This document shows, piece by piece, positions 57,650-64,000 of a stretch of 64,000 nt of DNA (within the stretch, counting starts at the first letter, position 1; the number at the start of each line of letters is the position of its first letter). A model generated the notes under the pieces. That model saw only the letters and a list, made by a program, of their open reading frames with translations. It had not been told where the DNA came from and did no database searches. The position numbers were made by a program, and so were the translations under genes. Location: positions 13,020,001 to 13,084,000 of the forward strand of contig OX597818.1 of assembly GCA_951406725.2 (NCBI GenBank), read 5' to 3'. The stretch is from Octopus vulgaris (Eukaryota).

Positions 57650-58550
57650 TGGGAAGTATAAATTAATTTCAAGGTAAACTTGTATAATTTGAAACCGTCG
57701 TCTATAATAACAAACAGTCACTATATAAGTTGCGAATGTTTTATGTATTATAAGTACTTTCAAACATATCAAAGTAATAGTAATAGAACAAAATCAACAA
57801 ATATATCAACAGAAAACATTTAGAGAAAATATGAAAGTGAGCAGGATTGTTTATTGTAGCGAGTCAGAATTTGGTGGGGAACGAGCAAAAACTATGGAAA
57901 GTTATAATCATTTTAAGTTAAATTAAATTATCTAAAAACATACAGGAAATCAAAGTATATTGCCTGAATTACGTTACCTTTCGAGGAAACGATGGTACTT
58001 GTAGAGTATGACTGTATTTCTTCACATGTAACACGGACAATGTTGAATAAAAATGTCTTAATACTATGATAAAAGTTAATTACAATTAAAGGTGGCGTAG
58101 AATGACAAGGGATTTGAAAATGCATGTTAAAATTACATAGAAACTAAGTGAAAAGATTTGAGAATATACGTGATACAGAAAATGAAAAGCAGATATAATA
58201 TGTAGAATTTGAAGGGGTCTTTTGTTATCAACATAAATAACAGGGCATAAAAATTTATATAGAGACGTTTTCCCCTATTAACTGAATTAAAACAGTGTAT
58301 TATTGTAATAAAGGTTAACTAGATAACGGAAAAACAAAGCTTAAATTCCGTATAAAATGAATGAAAAAGTGGGCAGATAAAATATAACTTTCTTTAATAT
58401 AAATAAATAAGATTAAATAATTCAAGGATATAATTGTGTTAAGTCGAACGTGAATGTGGAGAAATAAATCATTAAATAGATATAAATTACTAAAATTATT
58501 GAATGCAATGAATAGAGACAATTTTCAAAGGTAAGTACATGAAGTAGTTC
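57650..58550 (-). mobile_element. Degraded CR1/L2-type RT relic
   Basis: GNVIQAIYFDF..F (D.IYLDF.KAF-like), DPSN-like remnant. Confidence 0.45.
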
Positions 58551-58567
58551 GATAAGTAATTACATGC

Positions 58568-59116
58568 GGATCTTTTTTTTTGAAATTTTTGCCCGCCTTA
58601 CTTCTCCCCCTACAATTTGTTCATTTTTCACTTTTTTCTGAAACTATAAACCTAAAACCCCAACCCTAACCCTAAAACCCTAATCCTAACCTAAGACCTT
58701 AACCCTAACCCTAACAGTAAAACAGTAACTCTAACTCCAAAACCCTAACCCTATAACACTAACACTAACACTAACACTAACTTTAAAACTTAACCCTAAC
58801 CCTAACCCTAGAACACTAAAGCTAAACGCACGAACGATGTCATAGATAACAGTGACAAACGAAATATAAACCGCCGGAAGTTGTTGTTGACAAACAACAG
58901 TAGTAATTTTATTCAGCTAAATACACGTCATTGATTGGTTGAAATTACCTAAATATGACAACTTTAACATGAAATAACTTTAAAAATATAAACTTTTCTC
59001 AACAACACTCAGAGTAAAAATGTTTTATATGACACATTCTAGCAGTATACGAAGTTTGAAAGTGTTTAGTTACAAAAAATTAATTTCTCGATCTGGCGTT
59101 GAAAGGGAAAAGATCC
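58568..59116. mobile_element. MITE with GGATCTTTT TIRs, 8-bp TSD TTACATGC and internal (CCCTAA)n-like repeats
   Basis: ttacatgc|GGATCTTTT...AAAAGATCC|ttacatgc; telomere-like repeats at 58648-58810. Confidence 0.88.
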
Positions 59117-59399
59117 TTACATGCAAATCCGGATAAAAAAAAAACAAGTCTTTTTTTTAAAGTTAGAGAAAAACATTTAGAAACAATAATCCTAAGAATC
59201 AAAATTTTTTAGAAAGTTCAAATTTAAGTTGTACTAAACATTACAATTATCATGAGATTTTATGTAAGATTATCAAACTAAACTGCCTTTTGTATATTAT
59301 AAGTAAAATTTGTTTTATCATATTATCATATAAGTAAATTTATATTATTATACCTTATAATATAATGTCATCATATCCTTACAAGATAGAACAAGGAAC

Positions 59400-60540
59400 A
59401 TGCACATTACTTAATATATATGAATCAAGAATGGAAAATAATATTCTGGGAAGTTTGATTCCACTTTGAGTAAAACGTTACTAAGTGTTTAAGTCTAATT
59501 AATAAAATTTTTATATAATAAATTTGAATGTTTTTTAGCAGAAAAAAGTAGTTAGAAGAGACGGTCTTTTTATTCTTCAGTGTTTTACTTTTATTAATTA
59601 AGATTAGTAAGTGTTTCAATGTGCCTAAATAACATGGCCAGCTGTTACTTGTATTAAAATTAGTAACCGACGCTTTATCATTAAACTGTCTAGATTATAT
59701 TTATAGTTAATGGAGAATAATCTAAATGGGGAAGCTTACTCCACGATGTTTGTGTGTTATATTATTAGCGAAGCAATTTCATCATCACTAACTTCGCTTT
59801 GCAAGTAATATGCAAGTTTACATCTAAATATGGAGGAGATTTACAATTACAATTCAACAGAAATTTATTTAGAATTGGAGATTTTGTTGTTGGTGGATTT
59901 GAGATTATATACCTTGTACGATGCTAGGGTTTGCACAAAGAAGAGAAATTTATGAAATTTAGGTTGAAGTTTATGAAGATTTATAATGTATGTGAAAGTG
60001 GCTTCAAAGTAAATTTATAAAAGCAGGTTGCTTTAACGTAAGGTTATATTACATTATATCTGTATTTATAATCCTATGTCGAATAACTGATGTATACAGG
60101 GTAGATTCTCTTTAAAGGCATTTGTAGCTTATGATTTATTTTTAAAGACACTAGTAACATGTGATTAAATTTAGTATGATGGTGTTTCATTAAAAATATT
60201 CTTGACAGATAGGTTTGCAATCTAAGAAATTTTTAATGATATTTGCTGGATGGTTTATAGATTTATGGATAATATAAGGTTCGTTCGGTTTATTATACGG
60301 GCAGTACAATAAAGTGTTTTCATCTAGATTGGCTTCAGGGAAATCCTATTGCGAGATGTTGGTTTTTAGAATTTCACTGGTTCTGTCATTTCCTATATAT
60401 TGTAATTTTCTTATAGCAGTTGATCGTAGTCAGGTTATACGATTTCTTTTATACATGTGTGTTTATTTTATGGGTGTTTAGCAGGCAACTGCCTGTATAT
60501 CTAATTCACACCAAAGCTTTCGCTGCAATGACCTCGAAAA
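59400..60540 (-). mobile_element. Highly degraded Penelope-like RT relic
   Basis: PYLDVNL and KTHK-like remnants; weak. Confidence 0.4.
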
Positions 60541-60884
60541 GAAGGCATACAGCAATGAATTGACGACGTACAAACAAGATATGAATATTATAGAAACATA
60601 AAGAAAAAATACTTAAAAATACTAAGCTGTTGTTACTTGCATTGCTAGAACAATCTCCATTTAACCTAGTTGCTGGGAACTATAGCATAGATAACATGGA
60701 TAGAACAGAATATTGAATAGGAATACCGTATTTATATATATATATATATATATACATACATATATATATATATATACAGATAAAGGGTGAAATATAATTA
60801 ATTTAATAACATCAACAAATTTCACCAAGTAGTATTTCGGTATGGAAAAGGACCATATTCGGTAAAAAGTTTATATAATCATAA

Positions 60885-60946
60885 CAAAGAGAGTCTTTGC
60901 AACAAGTAGTATGTGGCCCGGCAACTTGTTGCAAAGACCCTCTTTG
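60885..60946. repeat. 62-nt hairpin, 23-bp arms
   Basis: caaagagagtctttgcaacaagt / acttgttgcaaagaccctctttg, 1 mismatch. Confidence 0.92.
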
Positions 60947-60966
60947 ATATAATTATATATATGTAT

Positions 60967-61126
<160 letters not shown>

Positions 61127-61195
61127 GTACATATATATACATATACACATATATAATATCATATGATATAATATAAATAATATATATATATACAT

Positions 61196-61460
61196 GTGGA
61201 GGCGCAATGGCCGAGTGGTTAGGGCAACAGACTCGCGGTCGTAGAATCGCCGTTTCGATTCCCAGACTGGGCATTGTGAGTGTGCATTGCGCGAAAAGTA
61301 CTAAAGCGACACGAGGCTCCGGTAAGGGGTTGGTGATGAACCCTGCTGTACTCTTTCACCACAACTTTCTCTCACTTTCTTCCTGTTGCTGTTGTACCTG
61401 TACCTCAAAGGGTCTGCCTTGTCACACTCTGTGTCACGCTGAATCTCCCCAAGAACTACA
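61196..61460 (+). mobile_element. SINE family C (tail 2)
   Basis: Same head as 56753; diverges after ctttcttc into ccttgtcacactctgtgtcacgctgaatctcccc. Confidence 0.85.
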
Positions 61461-61652
61461 ATATATATACATATATACACACATACATGTACATGCCTAC
61501 GTATATATGCATATATACAGGACGTAAAAGAACGCGAACAAAATGAAAAACGAGAATTAATTTTTTTACCAACAGCGAAAGACACAAATAGCGAAAGAAG
61601 ACGGGCAAAATAAAGAAATTCCATTCAGCATTTAAACGCGGGGTAGATAAAA

Positions 61653-61691
61653 CAGATTGATGATGAGCAATGACTCCGAAAGTAGTCTCTG
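61653..61691 (+). ncRNA. Minimal type-I hammerhead-like motif
   Basis: CAGA-TTGATGA-tGAG-caatga-CTCc-GAAA-GTAG-TC-TCTG; stem I CAGA/TCTG, stem II GAG/CTC. Confidence 0.58.
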
Positions 61692-61833
61692 ATTGCCGGC
61701 TTTGCTGGGTGGATGTGCTTAACTCCCTTTTGAAAATGTGTTCATGGCCAACTGGAAACGGTGTCTCCTAGGGCTAAATAGCAGTATCATTCTTCTCTTT
61801 CATGGGACTGCGACAGTAAGCTGGCAACATACC

Positions 61834-61892
<59 letters not shown>

Positions 61893-61928
61893 GCAAGAGT
61901 TTTTACGTGAAGTCGTGTGTTAAAACAG

Positions 61929-62168
61929 ATATTGTTATATTTCGGAATGGTCATTTTGCCAGTTTAGCCAATAAAGACACACGCACTATATATTTGGTGT
62001 TATTTTGCTTCATTGTTATTTATTTTTTTTCCTTAATCTTAATCTTATTTCTGGCCGAAATAAGATTAAGATTAATGTGAAAAATAAATAACAATGAAGC
62101 AAAATATGTAGTGCGTGTGTTTTTATTGGCTAAACTGGCAAAATGACAATTCCGAAATATAACAATAT
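61929..62168. repeat. Fold-back palindrome, ~115-bp arms, loop TGGCC
   Basis: taatcttaatcttatttc-tggcc-gaaataagattaagatta and outward. Confidence 0.95.
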
Positions 62169-62189
62169 ATATATATATATATATCTATA

Positions 62190-63597
62190 CTAGCAGTATC
62201 GCCCGGCGTTGCTCGGGTTTGTAAGGGAAATAACTATATAAGCATTTTTAGAGAGTTACTTCCCTTATAGATGCCAATTCGGGCTTTCTTAGCCATTTCT
62301 GTTTTGGTGTCTTCAAGCCATGAAGTCGTTGTTCTAAAGAACGCTGGTCTCCTTGACAACGCTTTACGACGTTAATTTCCTTACACTCCCTTCCCCACAG
62401 CTTCACGAGGGAGGGAAGAAGGGGAGAAGCAAACAGGTGCAGGTGTGACCATGGACGCCAACTCCGCCGCCATCGACACACGAAAAATTATGCATTAAAA
62501 TGGAATAAAAAATGATGTTAAATTATTTTTTAAATCGTAGACTCGTCGTAGACGCACACTAATACCCAGACGGGCTCGATATGAATCACGACTATAAGAT
62601 ACCCGGTTTTGGTTAAACTGCACCGCAAAATGTGGGAGTAGTTAGGAATCTAAATCGTAGGAGACAGACACTCACACAACTAGAGTTTTATATATATAGA
62701 TATATAAAACTCTAGTTGTGTGAGTGTCTGTCCCCTTCGATTTAGATTCCTAACTCCTCCCACATTTTGCGGTGCAGTTTAACCAAATTCGGGTATCTTA
62801 TAGTCGTGATTCATATCGAGCCCGTCTGACTATTAGCGCGCGTCTACAATGAGTCTACGATTTTAAAAATAATTTAACATCATTTTTTATTCCATTTTAA
62901 TGCATAAAATGCATCGTATGTCGATGGCGGCGGAGTTGGCGTCCACGCTCACAGCTGCACCTGTTTGCTTCTCCCCCTTCCCTCCCTCGTGAAGCTGTGG
63001 GGAAGGGAGTGTAAAGAAATCAACGTCGTAATGCGTTGTGAAGGAAACCAGCGTTCTTTTAGAACAACGACTTCATGGCTTGAAGACACCAAAACAAAAA
63101 TGGCTAAGAAAGCACGAATTTATAAGGGAAGTAACTCTCTAAAAATGCTTATATAGTTATTTCCCTTACAAACCCGAGCAACGCCGGGCGATACTGCTAG
63201 TCTATATATATAAAACTGTAGTTGTGTGAGTGTCTGTCCTCTTCGATTTAGATTCCTAACTACTCCCACATTTTGCGGTGCAGTTTAACCAAATTCGGGT
63301 ATCTTATAGTCGTGATTCATATCGAGCCCGTCTAGGTATTAGCGCGCGTCTACGATGAGTCTACGATTTTAAAAATAATTTACCATAATTTTGTTCTATT
63401 TTAACGCATATTTTTTTAAATAAAGGGAAGTGCACCTGTGTTGCTTCTCCCCCATTTTCCCTCCCTCGTGAAGCTGTAGGGAAGGGAGTGTAAGGAAATC
63501 AAAGTCGTAAAGCGTTGTCAAGGTGACCAGCGTTCTTTTAGAACAACGACTTCATGGCTTGAAGACACCAAAACAGAAATGGCTAAGAAAGCCCGAA
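62190..63597. mobile_element. Three copies of a ~500-bp non-autonomous Helitron-like element: 62190-62700(-), 62701-63200(+), 63201-63597(+, truncated)
   Basis: 5' TC-TATATATATAAAAC; 3' hairpin CCCGAGCAACGCCGGG then CTAG|T. Confidence 0.85.
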
Positions 63598-63779
63598 AGC
63601 AAATTCTACAAAATCGGGAAAGCGCCACACAGGGAAGGTTTCCCGTGCAAATAATTTGCACAACCGAATGTTATGGTTGTTGCACAACTTTTACTTAAAA
63701 AATATTATCCAATGGCGATGATACTTGTGAAATATGGTAATGGATTTAGTAGCCAAAAGGAGAGAGCAGAGGCATAGTA

Positions 63780-64000
63780 TGTTGGTAGTGGAGGCGGTGG
63801 TAGTGGTAGCGGTGGTGGCGGTGGTGCTGGTAGTAGTGATGATGGTCGTGGTCGTGGTGGTCGTCGTGTTTGTGGTGGTGGTGTTGTTGTTGGTGGTCGT
63901 GGTCGTGGTGGTGGGGGTGGTGATGATGGTGGTGGTGGTGGTCATGGTGTTGGTCGTGGTGGTGGGGTGGTGATGATGGTGGTGGTCTTCGTTATGGTGG
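63780..64000. repeat. (GGT)n-type microsatellite
   Basis: Seen directly. Confidence 0.95.

Noticed and set aside
58648-58810. True telomere or chromosome-fusion site
   Set aside because: Degenerate, single orientation and enclosed in a TIR/TSD element

Overview
AT-rich, microsatellite-dense eukaryotic DNA. The SINE families suggest an octopus or other coleoid cephalopod (inference). I can support no host protein-coding gene; most predicted ORFs are translated (TA)n, (ATT)n or (GA)n repeats. The window is a dense set of transposon relics: a near-intact, 5'-truncated Naiad-clade Penelope-like element (RT plus GIY-YIG) at the left edge; several older Penelope relics; a Chapaev3-like transposase; mariner and Tc1 copies; a gag-only Mag-type Gypsy LTR element; R4/Dong and Tx1/L1 non-LTR elements nested in (ATT)n/(ATC)n; three SINE families; a Helitron-like trio; and a telomere-repeat-carrying MITE with an 8-bp TSD. 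The most notable theme is short non-coding units lying directly against (TA)n tracts. They carry type-I hammerhead-ribozyme-like motifs (minimal, or with a long stem II) and often form long fold-back palindromes. I interpret them as a non-autonomous, retrozyme-like system that may be mobilised by Penelope/Naiad RT (inference). All coordinates and alignments were read by eye, and boundaries of degenerate relics are approximate.
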